From the human T2T-CHM13v2.0 reference genome, Homo sapiens: a DNA stretch of 64,000 bases. The notes below the pieces were generated by a model that had not been told where the DNA came from, searched no databases, and saw only the letters and a list, made by a program, of their open reading frames with translations. This document shows positions 39,978 through 52,687 of the stretch, piece after piece. The DNA lies in assembly GCF_009914755.1 (NCBI RefSeq), contig NC_060936.1, one strand, 5' to 3'. Numbering within the stretch: the first letter of the stretch is position 1; each line of letters starts with the position of its first letter. The translations under genes were made by a program, and so were the position numbers.

Positions 39978-41538
39978 TGTTACATGACCAACAGGTTCAT
40001 ATGCCTCCTGCACAGTAATAGACCAATTACAGTGAGACAGCAGGGATGCAGAAGAGAAAACATTTAATTATCATGGGCAGCCAGATGCGGAGCTGGGAGG
40101 AGATTCTCAACTTCATGTCCTCTAGGAGTTCTGAGCTGGGGTTTTTAAGGGGATTGTGGAGGATGAGAGGCTGGAGAATTGGGATCGTTGATTGGGCAGC
40201 ACAAGAGAGATAAAATAATCAGGACGTGGAAACTGCATTCTTTGGTGAGTCAGCTCCTCATGGGGTCCTTCAGACCAGCTGGTGTCGGTGGGGTCCTTTA
40301 GACCAGCTAGTGTCAGTGGGTCCCTTCAGATCAGCTGGCATTATGGGGTTCTTCAGATTAGTTGAGTCAGTGGGGTCCTTCAGATCAGCTGGTATCAATT
40401 GGGTCTTTCAGACCAGCTGAGTCAGACCAGCTGGGGTCCTTCAGATCAGCTGGTGTCAGTGGGGTCCTTTAGATCAGCTGCTGTCAGTTGGGTCCTTCAG
40501 ACCAGCTCAGTTACTGGGTTCTATTAGACCAGTCAAGTCAGTGGGGTTCTTCAGATCAGCTGGTGTCTGTGGGGTCCTTCAGATCAGCTGGAGTCAGTGG
40601 AGTCCTTCAGATCAGCTGGAGTCAGAGGAGTCCTTCAGATCAGCTGAGTCAGTGGGATCTTTCAGACTAGCTGAGTCAGTGGGATCGTTCCAATCAACTG
40701 GTGTCAGTGGGGTTCTTCAGATCAGCTGAAGTCAGTGGCGTCCTTCAGATCAGCTGGTATCAATTGGATCCTTCAGATCAGCTAAGTCAGTGGGGTTCTT
40801 CAGATCAGCTAAGTCAGTGGGGTTCTTCAGATCAGCTGAGTCAGTGGGTCCCTTCAGACTAGCTTAGTCGGTGGGATCTTTCAGATCAGTTGGTGTCAGT
40901 GGGGTCCTTCAGATCAGCTGGTGTCAGTGGGATCCTTCAGATCAGCTAGTATCAGTAGGGTCCTTCAGATCCACTGGAGTCAGTGGGTCCTTTAGACCAG
41001 TTGAATGAATGGCATTCTTCAGACCAGTTGAGTTAGTGGGACCCTTCAGACCAAGTTAGTCAGTGGAATCTTTCAGATCAGCTGGTGGCCATGGGGTTCT
41101 CAGCTGAATAGTTTCCTCAGAATGCAGGACCTGAAGGACCATCTCAAAGGGAATTTTTTTTATTTTTTTAATTTTTTTAATTTTAGAGACAAGGTCTCAC
41201 TATATTGTTCAGGCTGGTCTCAAAGTCCAGGGCTCAAGCAATCCTTCCACCTCAGCCTCCCAAAGTGCTAGGATGACAGGCACAAACCGCCTCACCTAGC
41301 TCAAAGGGAAATCTTAATGTTTCATAATATTTAGGTGTTATCTATAGGATAGTTTAGGGGAATAATTTAAGGTCTACATGATTTTAGGACAATAGGCACC
41401 AAACAACCATGAAGAAGCAGATCAGGGAGCAGGCTGACCTATTGATCAATGCTGAGTGTGCTGCAAGCTGGGTTAATTTTCATTTATCCCCTATCTTCTT
41501 CCTTGGTTACTTTTATAAAATTTATAGGGTCAGTGTCA
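39978..41538 (-). mobile_element. MER66-like ERV1 solo LTR expanded by an internal minisatellite and a FLAM
   Basis: TG...CA ends. Minus start TGACACTGACCCTATAAATTTTATAAAAG...CAGCTTGCAGCACACTCAGCATT. 4-bp flanks ACTT/GCTA within host FLAM sequence (ctcACTAtgtt). Confidence 0.65.
40258..41106. repeat. 27/28-bp minisatellite, ~30 diverged units (CAGCTG(GT/A)GTCAGTGGGGTCCTTCAGAT)
   Basis: Directly visible tandem array with two length variants. Confidence 0.95.
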
Positions 41539-43651
41539 GCTATGTTCGTAGGGTGGTCTTGAGCTCCTGGGCTCAAGCAATCCTCTGCCTCACCGTTCTG
41601 AGTTGCTGGGATTACAGGCTTGCACCATGCACGTGGCCCAGTGGGCAGAAGTTTAAGCAGTTTAAGTCCGTTCACTTTTCTTGAAAAGATAGACACCAGA
41701 TGTGCAAGTATATTCTGATTCATGTTCTGTGGTCAATGGTTTGGATGGATGATCAGGGACTTGGAAGGAACATGATTGGATAATTGGTGACAAGGAAATT
41801 TGGGGAAGAGGTATATGGATAGACATCTTGAATGGGAAAATAAAGATATTTGTGTCCCATGTGAATGCTTACTAGAGGGTAATCTCAGAAGTTATCTATT
41901 AAAATAATAAATTGATTGGATAACCCATTCTGTAGATACCAGTTAGCCTTATTCTCTAGGAACCCCTGCCGTTGCCCAGTGGGCTCATGAATAAAGTGGC
42001 CATGGTGGCCAGGATGGACATTATGCATGGGCTTAGTAACATGGACTTCCACTCACCAAGGCTGACCTGGCTACAGCCACTGCTGAATGCCCTATCTGCC
42101 AGCAGCAGAGACCAACACAGAGTCCCTGATATGTCCTCATTTCCCAGCATGATCAGCCAGCTACCTGATGGCAGATTGATTACATTAGACTATTTTCATC
42201 TTGGAAGAAGCAGTATTTTGTTCTCATTGGAACAGAAATTTACTCTGGATAACAATTTTCCATCCTTACATACACAGCTTCTGCCAAAATTACCATTTGT
42301 GGACTTATAGAATGCTTTATCCATTGTCATGATATTCCACTCAGCATTGCTTCTGATTTAGGAACTCACTTCTCAGCAAAAGAAGTGTAGCAGTGAGCCC
42401 ATCCTCATGGAATTCACTGGTCTTACCATGTTTCATGAACCAATGGGCTTGATAAGATGATAGGATTATTTGAAGATGCAGTTACAGCACCAGCTAGATG
42501 GCAATATATTGCAGGGCTGCAGCAATATGTTCTCCAGGGGGCTAAATGTGCTCTGAATCAGCATCCATCATATGGTGCTGTTTCTCCCATAGCCAAGATT
42601 CACTGGTTCAGGAATCAAGGGGTGGAAAAGGGAGCAGCACCACTCACTATTATCTCTAGTGACCCACTAGCAGGATTTTTGCTTCCTGTTTCTGAAACCT
42701 TATGCTATGCCAGTCTACTGGTCTTAGTTCCAATGGGAATAATTCTCCCACCAAGAGACAGCAATGATTCAATTGAACTGGATCTTAAGACTGCCACCCA
42801 GTCACTTCACCCTCCTTATACCTCTGAATCAACAGGCAAAGAAGGGAATTACTGGGCTGGTTGGTGATTGATCCTGTCTACCAAGGGGAAATTGGACTGC
42901 CTCTTCACAATGAAGGTAAGGAGGAATATGCCTGGAATACAGGAGACCCCTGAGAGCATCTCTTAGTATTGTCATGCCTGTGATTAATGTCAATGGAAAA
43001 CTACAACAGCCCAATCCAGGCAGGACTACTAATGGCCCAGTCCCTGCAGGAATGAAGGTTTGGTTCACTCTACCAGATAAAGAACCACAACCAGCTGAGT
43101 GAGGTGCTTGCTGAAGGCAAAGGACATACAGAATGGGTAGTGGAAAAAGGCAGTTATAAATATCAGCTATGACCACATGATCACTTACAGAAATGAAGAC
43201 TGTAATTATCATAAGTACTTCTCGTTTTTTTAAAATTTATTTTTAATTTTTAAATTAATTGTTATTAATAGAAATGGTGTATCACCATTTTGCCCAGGCT
43301 GGTCTCGGATGTACTCTCCTTGTTTTGTAATGAATATATATAAAATATCCTTGTTTTCTTTCCTCTCTTACTTCCTGTTTTGTAACATAAAATGTATTGA
43401 CTCTATATCATAGTATTTAACTATTTTAAATTTTACATCATAGTGTTTAAGTTATGAGATATCAAGGAGAAGAACAAACATTATTTAAGGACTTCGCCTT
43501 CTCTTCTGGGGAAGAGGTAGTGCCTTTTCAGTTGTATGTAGAATGATTGTATCATGTTGGGTGGAATTATGACCTTGTCATTGTTTTTATTTGGAGAATA
43601 AGAATGGTTTCAGAAGATACATTTGGGTGTCAAGTTGACAAGGGGTGGACT

Positions 43652-43990
43652 TGTGACAGTTAATTTTATGTGCCAATTTGACTGGGCCATGGAATGCCAA
43701 AATATTTGGTTAAACATTATTCTGGATATACCTGTGAAGGTGTTTTTGGATGAGATTAACATTTGAATTGGTAAACTAAGTAATGCCGATTGTCCTCCCC
43801 AGGGTGAGTGGGGCTCATCCAATCCATGGAAGGGCTGACTAGAGTAAAAGGCCAAGTAAGGGAAAATTTACACTCTGTCTTTGAGCTAAGATATTATTCT
43901 TCTGGTTTTGGACCCATAGAGTCAGAATAAAACTTATACCATTGGATCTCCTGGTTCTAAGGCTTTCAGACTCAGACTAGAGTCCGACAT
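43652..43990 (+). mobile_element. MLT2 LTR (3' LTR of the ERV-L), truncated
   Basis: TGTGACAGTTAATTTTATGTGCCAATTTGACTGGGCCA...gatgagattaacatttgaattgg...catccaatcc, directly after the PPT. Confidence 0.85.
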
Positions 43991-43993
43991 ATA

Positions 43994-44164
43994 CGAGAGG
44001 GTCTTAAAAAGTGTATGAAAAATGCATATTATGAAAAAAACTATGCATGGATTAAAAAAATTTTGGCCCCAAAATAAATTCTTACTAACTTTATTATAAC
44101 ATGTCTGAACAGGATCTAGTTTGAGGCACTAGGAAGGGTAAGAAATCAGTTTGAAAAGAGCCCC
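43994..44164 (+). mobile_element. HSMAR2 (mariner) 5' end fragment
   Basis: TA + CGAGAGGGTCTTAAAAAGTGTATGAAAAATGC...CTATGCATGGAT...ATGTCTGAACAGGATCTAGTTTGAGGCACT...GAAAAGAGCCCC. Confidence 0.8.
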
Positions 44165-44712
44165 TTGCTCTGTGGCTGGGTAGTGCTGGAGGTTAGCTTC
44201 CTCTAGGCCACTGAGCTCTCACGTCACTGCAGAAGGCCTTATCTGCAGAGACTTCCCATGCCAAGCAGGCCTGCCCCGTCAGAGAGAATGGCAGAAAGCT
44301 CGTGTGTGTCCTGGGGAGATGGTCAGAGGGAGCCACCTTCCAGCTGAACCCCAATAAGTACTCGTAGCTCACGGTGTAAACGCCCTCCAGAGGTTGCAGC
44401 TGTATACCCAAAGGTCCCGGCCAGCCCCTGTGCGCCCCTGTGTTGACTGGGTTTGGGGAGGACACAGATGGGGGCGTAGGAGGTGTGTAGCCCTGACTCA
44501 GCTTCCTGGTTGCATCCTAGTCTAGTGTTGTTTGAAGTCACGTGGACGTGGCCTCCCCTTAGAGGCTGGTGAGGGCATTTGAGGGCAGTTGTGTGCTCCT
44601 GGCCTGGGGCTGTGCTTTTGTGGCTGTGTGTGTGTGTGTTGGCGGGGGAGGGAGGGAGGTGCCCTAGTTGTGCACGGTACTCTGCAGCCCAGCGCCCTGC
44701 CGAGGCTTCTGC

Positions 44713-46249
44713 TGAGAGGAGACAGCGTGCTGGCAGTCCTCAGAGCCCTCGCTTGCTCTTGGCACCTCCTCTGCCTGGGCTCCCACTTTGGCGGCATTTG
44801 AGGAGCCCTTCAGCCCACCACTGCACTGTGGGAGCCCCTTTCTGGGCTGGCCAAGGCTGGAGCCCACTCCCTCAGCTTGCAGGGAGGTGTGGAGGGAGAG
44901 GCGCGAGCCGGAACCCGGACTGCGTGCGGCGCTTGCGGGCCAGCTGGAGTTCCAGGTGGGCGTGGGCTTGGCGGGCCGGCACTTGGAGCAGCCGGCCAGC
45001 CCTGCCGGCCCCGCGCAATGACTTAGCACCCGGGCCAGTGGCTGCGGAGGGTGTACTGGGTCCCCCAGCAGTGCCAGCCCACCGGCGCTGCACTTGATTT
45101 CTCACCGAGCCTTAGCTGCCTTCCCGCGGGGCAGGGCTCGGGACCTGCAGCCTGCCATGCCTGAGCCTCCCACCCCCTCCATGGGCTCCTGTGCTGCCCG
45201 AGCCTCCCCGACGAGCGCCGCCCCCTGCTCCACGGCGCCCAGTCCCATCGACCACCCAAGGGCTGAGGAGTGCAAGCGCACTGCACGGGACTGGCAGGCA
45301 GCTTCACCTGCAGCCCCGGTGCGGGATCTAGTAGGTGAAGCCAGCTGGGCTCCTGAGTCTGGTGGGGACGTGGAGAGCCTTTATGTCTAGCTCAGGGATT
45401 GTAAATACACCAATCAGCACCCTGTGTTTAGCTCAAGGTTTGTGAGTGCACCAATCGACACTGTGTATCTAGCTGCTCTGGTGGGGCCTTGGAGAACCTT
45501 TATGTCTAGCTCAGGGATTGTAAATACACCAATCGGCACTATGTATCTAGCTCAAGGTTTGTAAACACACCAATCAGCACCCTGTGTTTAGCTCAAGGTT
45601 TGTGAATGCACCAATCCACACTCTCTATCTAGCTGCTCTGGTGGGGCCTTGGAGAACCTGTGTGTCGAAACTCTGCATCTAACTAATCTGATGGGGACGT
45701 GGAGAACCTTCATATCTAGCTCAGGGATTGTAAACGCACCAATCAGCGCCCTGACAAAACAGGCCACTCGGCTCTACCAATCAGCAGGATGTGGGTGGGG
45801 CCAGATAAGAGAATAAAAGCAGGCTGCCCAAACCAGTATGGACAACCCGCTCGGGTTCCTTTCCGCGCTGTGAAAGCTTTGTTCTTTAGCTCTTCGCAAT
45901 AAATTTTGTTACTGTTTGGGTCCACGCTGTTTTTATGAGCTGTAACACTCACCGCAAAGATCCGTAGCTTCAGTCCTGAGCCCAGCCAGACCACGAGCCC
46001 ATAGGGAAAAACGAGTAACTACAGACGGGCTGTCTTAAGAGCTGTGACACTCACCGCGAAGGTCTGCAGCTTCACTCCTGAGCCAGCGAGACCACGAACC
46101 CACCAAGAGGAAAAAACTCCGAACACATCTGAACATCTGAAGGGACAGACTCCAGACGCACCACCTTAAAAGCTGTAACACTCACCGCGACGGTCTGCGG
46201 CTTCATTCTTGAAGTTAGTGAGACCAAAATTTCACCAATTCCGGAAACA
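44713..46249 (+). mobile_element. Solo LTR12C (ERV9 LTR), full length
   Basis: Starts TGAGAGGAGACAGCGTGCTGGCAGTCCTCAGAGCC. CpG-rich 5' U3. Tandem CACCAATC/TATCTAG enhancer repeats (7 CCAAT). Promoter GGGTGGGGCCAGATAAGAGAATAAAAG at ~45793-45820. U5 repeats. Ends CCAATTCCGGAAACA. 4-bp TSD CTGC. Confidence 0.95.
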
Positions 46250-47281
46250 CTGCGAGGCAGCAGCGTGTCTTACACAGACGGAACCGCCGTTCCCCTGCCA
46301 TGTTCAGGCGGGTCGGCAGGCTTTGTTCGTTATTCTGAGTGGCAGTCGGGAAGGGCAGCTGAACCCCGCCCGGGGATCTAGAGTTGCTGGTCAGGAACTG
46401 GAGAGAGGCCTGGCGGGCCTGGTTGTGTTTGTATTTGGGCTTTCTCTGGGGCCGTGGAGTGATAGGAAAGGTTGGCGTTTCCCTTGGAGATGCACCTTTT
46501 CTAGTGATTGTGTTTGCAGGGTGAGTCTGACCCGCTGAGCCACAATGAGCAAGGACAAGGAATATTTTTCAATTAACTTCTTAATTCTTGTGAGTGTGGC
46601 TTATGATCTCCTTTGTGGTTTGTTGATTATAAGGCGCACCCTGACGTTAGAAATAATAAAATGAGTGTGCCTTAGCATCAGAGTGTCACCATCTGACGCT
46701 CTAGGACTGGGCAGAGCCCAGGTCCTCTTCTCTGGAGTACTCGGCTACCACCTTGCCGTGCAGGGGGCTCCCTCCCTCCCTTCACTGCACACTCTCGGTT
46801 ACTTCTTTCTCAATTCCATCCGCACAGCTTCCTGCCTCAACCTTTTCTGCCTTCTGCAGGAGCAGATGTTCCCACAAGGAACACGGGAGGTGCCAAGGTT
46901 GGGTTTCCAGCATAAGGCTGAGCCTTCTGCCCTCGGTTTGACCCTGGGTGGCACTGTTAGCTGGAGGCCACGAGAGCTGCCTTGGACGTGTGGGGCCAGC
47001 GAGCAGCGGCCCCTCACTCGTGGAGCATTGTTGCAGCCGGGCAAGTCTGCCATTGCTCATCCTCTTAGTCTTGCTCCCAGCTGCGACTTGTTCTTACATG
47101 TTCTAGATGCAAGGCTTTTGTGTGTGTGTGGTTTGTAAATATTTTGTCCCAGTCCATCGCTTATCTTTTACATCCTCTTAAGGGGGGTTTTGCAGAGAAA
47201 AGGTTTTTTTCTTTTCAAATTTGGTGAAGTCTGATTTATCAATTTTCCTTTTTAAGGATCTGATTTTGGTGTCATGGTTAA

Positions 47282-47599
<318 letters not shown>

Positions 47600-47941
47600 T
47601 GAGTAGCTGGGACTACAGGCGCCCGCCACCACACCCGGCTAATTTTTTTGTATTTTTAGTAGAGACAGGGTTTCACCGTGTTAGCCAGGATGGTCTTGAT
47701 CTCCTGACCTCGTGATCTGCCTGCCTCGGCCTCCCAAAGTGCTGGGATTACAGGCGTTGAGCCACCGCACCTGGCTTCTCTGTTTGGTTTTCTATAACAT
47801 TATTCTTTTTTTTTTATAGAGACAGTGTCTCATTATGTTGCTCAGGTTGGTCTTGAATTCCTGGTCTCAAGCCATCCTCCTGCCTCAGCCTCCCAAAGTG
47901 CTGGGATTACAGGCGTGACCCACTGCACCTGGCCAGCATTC

Positions 47942-49272
47942 TTTTTTTTTTTTTTAAACTGTTGAACACTCTGTAATTATTAGGTAAAATTAATAGTACT
48001 TCACAATTATATATATCACTTTACAGTTTACAAAGTTACTAAGTAGACATTTGTTTTGATGCCCCAAAATAAAATTTAACTTCTTTGTCCTCCCTTCTCC
48101 CCTCCATCAAGGAAAGACTAAGGAACATTTAATCAGAAAAGGCAATATAAGTGCATCAATCTGTACAGAACTGCAAAGAATAAAGGGGAGGAGGGTAGGA
48201 CCCTGAAGAGGGCCACAGGGACTTCAGGAAGGAGAAAACCAGAGTGTTAAACGTGAGGAAAGCCCAGGGGTGACAGGGAGTTAACCACCATAAGGGGCAG
48301 GTTGTATTCACTACATAAAAGGAGGGGCACACGGCATATGTTTCACATTCTAAAATAATATGACAATATCATAACTGAAGAGCTGAAGTTGAATTTTGTG
48401 GTTTCTCAGAACACAAGTAGAAGATGACCACCAACCATGGTTTCTGAATAAACTGAGTTCAAAGTGCATCTGGTTGCAGCAGGGGGCTTCCTTGGACTCT
48501 GATACTAGAAATTTAACAAAGGTAATTCGAGGAGCTGCGATTTTACATAGTGGTGGCATCCTAGGGGGCATCTATCGCATCAGTTAAGTTTAATATCTGG
48601 CAATCATGGAAAAGGAGTTTCTGAGCAGGTAATACTTGGGCCATCTCTTGGAGATTCCTGCTGTAAGGACTAAGTTTCTCCAGAGAAAGCACTTGCCTGG
48701 GTATGACTCAGGGCCGGGCAAAAATTCACACTATGAATCTGGTGGAAGGGGGAGAAGTATGCCTGGTGGGACCACATTCCCATAATTCTCTAACCTCACA
48801 TCTCTGTAGAGTTCCCTCTGAACAAGGTCCAGGTATCTCCATTCCTCTTGAGTAAGGTGCACAGCCACATCCTCAGATGTCACAAACTGCTGATACCTGG
48901 CTGTCAGGAGCGCAGCTGCCTGATCTCCTGGGCTGTCCTCATGGGGAAAGGCAGGCACCTGGGGAACAGGTGGAACCCTAGTGAGTCCCTGTTCCATGTC
49001 GGTGTCCTGCACAAAATGAGGCTTTGGAGTCAGACTCTCAGACTGGGTCTCCAAAAACTGAAATCGGACCCTTGGTGAGCCTGCTGCTTCCTGGGCTGGT
49101 ATTTTCTCCATCCCTGTTCTGGAGGACAATGACCGTCGCAGCTTGCATCAGGACATGGCCACTGGGTCCTGATGGCGAGGCCCGCCCTCGGTCTGTGGGG
49201 TGAACTGGGGCTGAAGAGAAATAGGCCTTTGCACCCAAGCATCTGCACACTCTTGGGGAAGGAAACCACTGT
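47942..49272 (-). pseudogene. ZNF655 (pseudogene): ZNF655 processed pseudogene (short, KRAB-containing, zinc-finger-less isoform)
   Basis: 49111->48731 reads [44 protein letters not shown]...[50 protein letters not shown]. The frameshifted continuation matches recalled IHSVN.CPALSHTQASAFSGE...AGISKRWPKY. Intronless, with GC-rich 5'UTR, poly(A) (T-run 47942-55) and degenerate TSD CAT(T)ATTCTTT. Confidence 0.88.
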
Positions 49273-49423
49273 CCCATATTCTTTACATTATCCTTGTCAT
49301 TTAGGATCTCCAGGATTGGCTTCAGTGTTAATGATTCTTTGTCATTATTTTCCTGTAAGAGTGCCCTTTTATCTAAAGATTTCAGTTCATTTATTTGACA
49401 GAAATCTTCAACCATATATATAA

Positions 49424-49751
<328 letters not shown>

Positions 49752-50149
49752 TGAATACTTTCCCATTCCAGTTGTTATATTCTTTTCTCAAAACACCAAT
49801 CATGTATCTCCTTGATCCATTTTCATCAGCGTCTCTGCGATTTTATCCCTTTGCACTTTTCCATTTTGTTTTGGGTGATTTTTTTCAAGACTGGCCTCCA
49901 TGTACTATCTATGTTTTCATAGTATGTATTTGACTTCTTGCTGTTTCTATAATGAACTTTTCATTTTTGTGGTGGCTTTCCTGTTATTTCCAATTTCTCA
50001 GTTAAGTTCTACCACATCACTTTTTTCTCTCTAAAAATATGCATCTGTTATTCTCCCTTGTATCTTTTTTTGAAAAAGTCCATGCTTTAACTTTTGTGAG
50101 TATAGAAAAAATATGTCTGACATCTTTCTTCTGCTTGCTGGAATAACTT

Positions 50150-51165
50150 TCTAAAAATAGACTTTATTTTTATAGGGCAGTTTTAGATTTACAGAAAAAT
50201 TGAGCGTATAGTACAGAGAATTCCCATACAGCTCCTACACGGTTTCCCCATTATTAATGTCTACATTAGGGTGGAACATTTGTTACAATCATGGAAGTGA
50301 TGTTGATACATTACTATTAACTAATGTCCATAATTTATTCAGATTCCCTTAGTTTTTACCTAATGTCGTTTTCCTGTTCCAGGGCCTCCTCCAGAATACC
50401 ACATTACGTTTAGTTTTCATGTCTCCTAGGCTCCTCCTGGCTGTTACACTTTCTCAGACCTTCCTTGATTATGATGACCTCGAAGTTTTGAGGAGTACTG
50501 GGAAAGAGTATTATAGGATGCCCCCTACTGGAATTTGTCAGATGTTTTTCTCATGATTATACAGGGATTATGGCTTTTGGGGAGGAAGATCTCAGAGGTA
50601 AGTGCCATTCTCGTCTCATTGTATTACCATTATTTATTTATTTTTTAATTTTTATTTTTTGAAATGGAGTCTCACCCTGTCGCCCAGGCTGTAGTGCAAT
50701 GGTGCGATCTTGGCTCACTGCAACCCCTGTCTCCTGGGTTCAAACGATTCTCCTGCCTCAGGCTCCTGAGCAGCTGGGATTACAGGTGTCTGCCACTACA
50801 CCCAGCTAATTTTTTTTGTATTGTTTTTAGTAGAGACAGGGTTTCACCAGGTTGGCCAGGCTGGTCTCCAACTCCTGACCTCGTGATCCACCCTCCTAGG
50901 CCTCCCAAAGTGTTGGGATTACAGGTGTGAGCCACCGCAGCTGGCCATATTAGCATGATTTATGACTGTTGATGCTGACTTTGATCACCTGCCCAAGGTA
51001 GTGTTTATCAGATTTCCCCCCTGTAAATTTGCTCCCTGTCCCTTCCATACTGCAGTCTTAGGAAGGAAGTCACTATAAGCAGCCCATGCTTAAGGAGTGG
51101 GGAGTTCTGCTCCCCGTCCTTTACGATGGGACAGCTACATAATTTATTTGGAATTCTACAGAGAA
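50150..51165 (-). mobile_element. L1MC-like 3' end with nested Alu
   Basis: gcagttttagatttacagaaaaattgagc...tagtacagagaattcccatac...aggaaggaagtcactat; Alu at 50630-50946. Confidence 0.7.
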
Positions 51166-52687
51166 TGCTGGGGTAACTTTTTCTGAAGTGGTTTTTGATC
51201 ATCTGTCTTTTGTTTGCTATTATTTTTCCCTTTTCATTGGGGAGTGGTTTTTGTTCATATGTATTAATTCAGATTTCTTTGCTTATTTTGCAACTTAGCT
51301 CTCAAATAATTTGAGGGAAGGGATAGGGGATTTTTTTTTTTAGAGGGAATTGGCAGTTCTGACTCCCTCATGTTGTATCTAACCAAGAACCAAGTTGACA
51401 TTTCCTCTGCTCGATTACTTCTCTCTCCCTCTTTTTTGCATCCCTCTTCCTCCACGCCACTTTTGGAAAAGCACCTCAGCTCCCTGTGGCTGTCAGGGCT
51501 TACAGGTAGATTTCATTCAGATATTTCATGTTTAATTACTTGTATTTCACTGACTCAACAGCGATAAAATTGGTTGTGTGGGCCCACCCTCCTCCCTTTG
51601 CCTCCCTCCAGGCAATTCTCTCCACTCTGGAATGGGGAAAATAAAGGAGGCATCCACACTGGTCTGTCATCAGCCCTGCCTCCCTGCTGCTGTGCACACT
51701 GGGGTCTTGTTGAGGGGTGTTCTCTGCTTCTTCCATGACCCTCCCAAGCCCCTAGTTTTCAAGGATTCTTAATTCTTTTAAGAATTGTAAGGGATCTGCT
51801 CCAGGTGACCTTCCTTGTTTTGGTTCCAATTTTCATTACACTTGGCAGATATTTCTTATGGTCAATTATCTGGGCTGTAGCCATTTTCTATTTTCATTGC
51901 AGATAAGAGCTTCTTTTCTACTACTCATTTTACTGTTAATTTTGGTATATTCAGGAAAGGAATGAGTAAACATGCCTTTACTGTACCATCTTTTATGGGA
52001 ACTGCTCATCCTTAATCTCTGTCTTCTTCAGCTTTGCTGGTGTGACTTGCTCTTGATTTTTCTCCTACTGCTGTGCTGTTTCTCAGGCTCCTTTTCCGGC
52101 TCCTGCACCTGCCTGTAAATTCTGCTATTCCCCAGGACTCTCTCACTGGCCCCTCTCCCCACCCACCCCACCCCTATTCTATAACGAGCTCCTACTCTAC
52201 TTTGGGGCCTACAGAGGCCAGGCAGATAATGTGATTAAGTGAAGGGAAATATCATTTATTTTTTCTTCTCACTATTGACCTTGGCAGAGTCATTTATTTT
52301 TTCATATGGTGTCTTCAATAGAAGCTTTTTTCATAACAATCTTGTAGGAATATTCTTTATTTCCATAAAGATATAGGTTCTCTCCAACTTTTTTTTTTTT
52401 TTTTTGAGACGGAGTCTCGCTCTGTCACCCAGGCTGGAGTGCAGTGGCACGATCTTGGCTCACTGTAACATTCGCCTCCTGGGTTCAAGCGATTCTCCTG
52501 CCTCAGCCTCCTGAGTAGCTGGGATTACAGGTGCCTGCCACCACGCCTGGCTAATTTTTGTATTTTTAGTAGAGATGGGATTTCACTATGTTGGCCAGGC
52601 TGGTCTCAAAACCCTGACCTTAGGTGATCCACCTGCCTCGGCCTCCCAAAGTGCTGGGATTACAAGCATGAACCACCGCGCCCGGCT

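Noticed and set aside
40258-41106. Regularly spaced ~28-bp repeats resembling a CRISPR array
   Set aside because: Units are head-to-tail with no unique spacers, lie inside a primate LTR, and there are no cas genes. It is a minisatellite.
44522-45390. ORFs up to 172 aa
   Set aside because: Derived from the GC-rich U3 of LTR12C.
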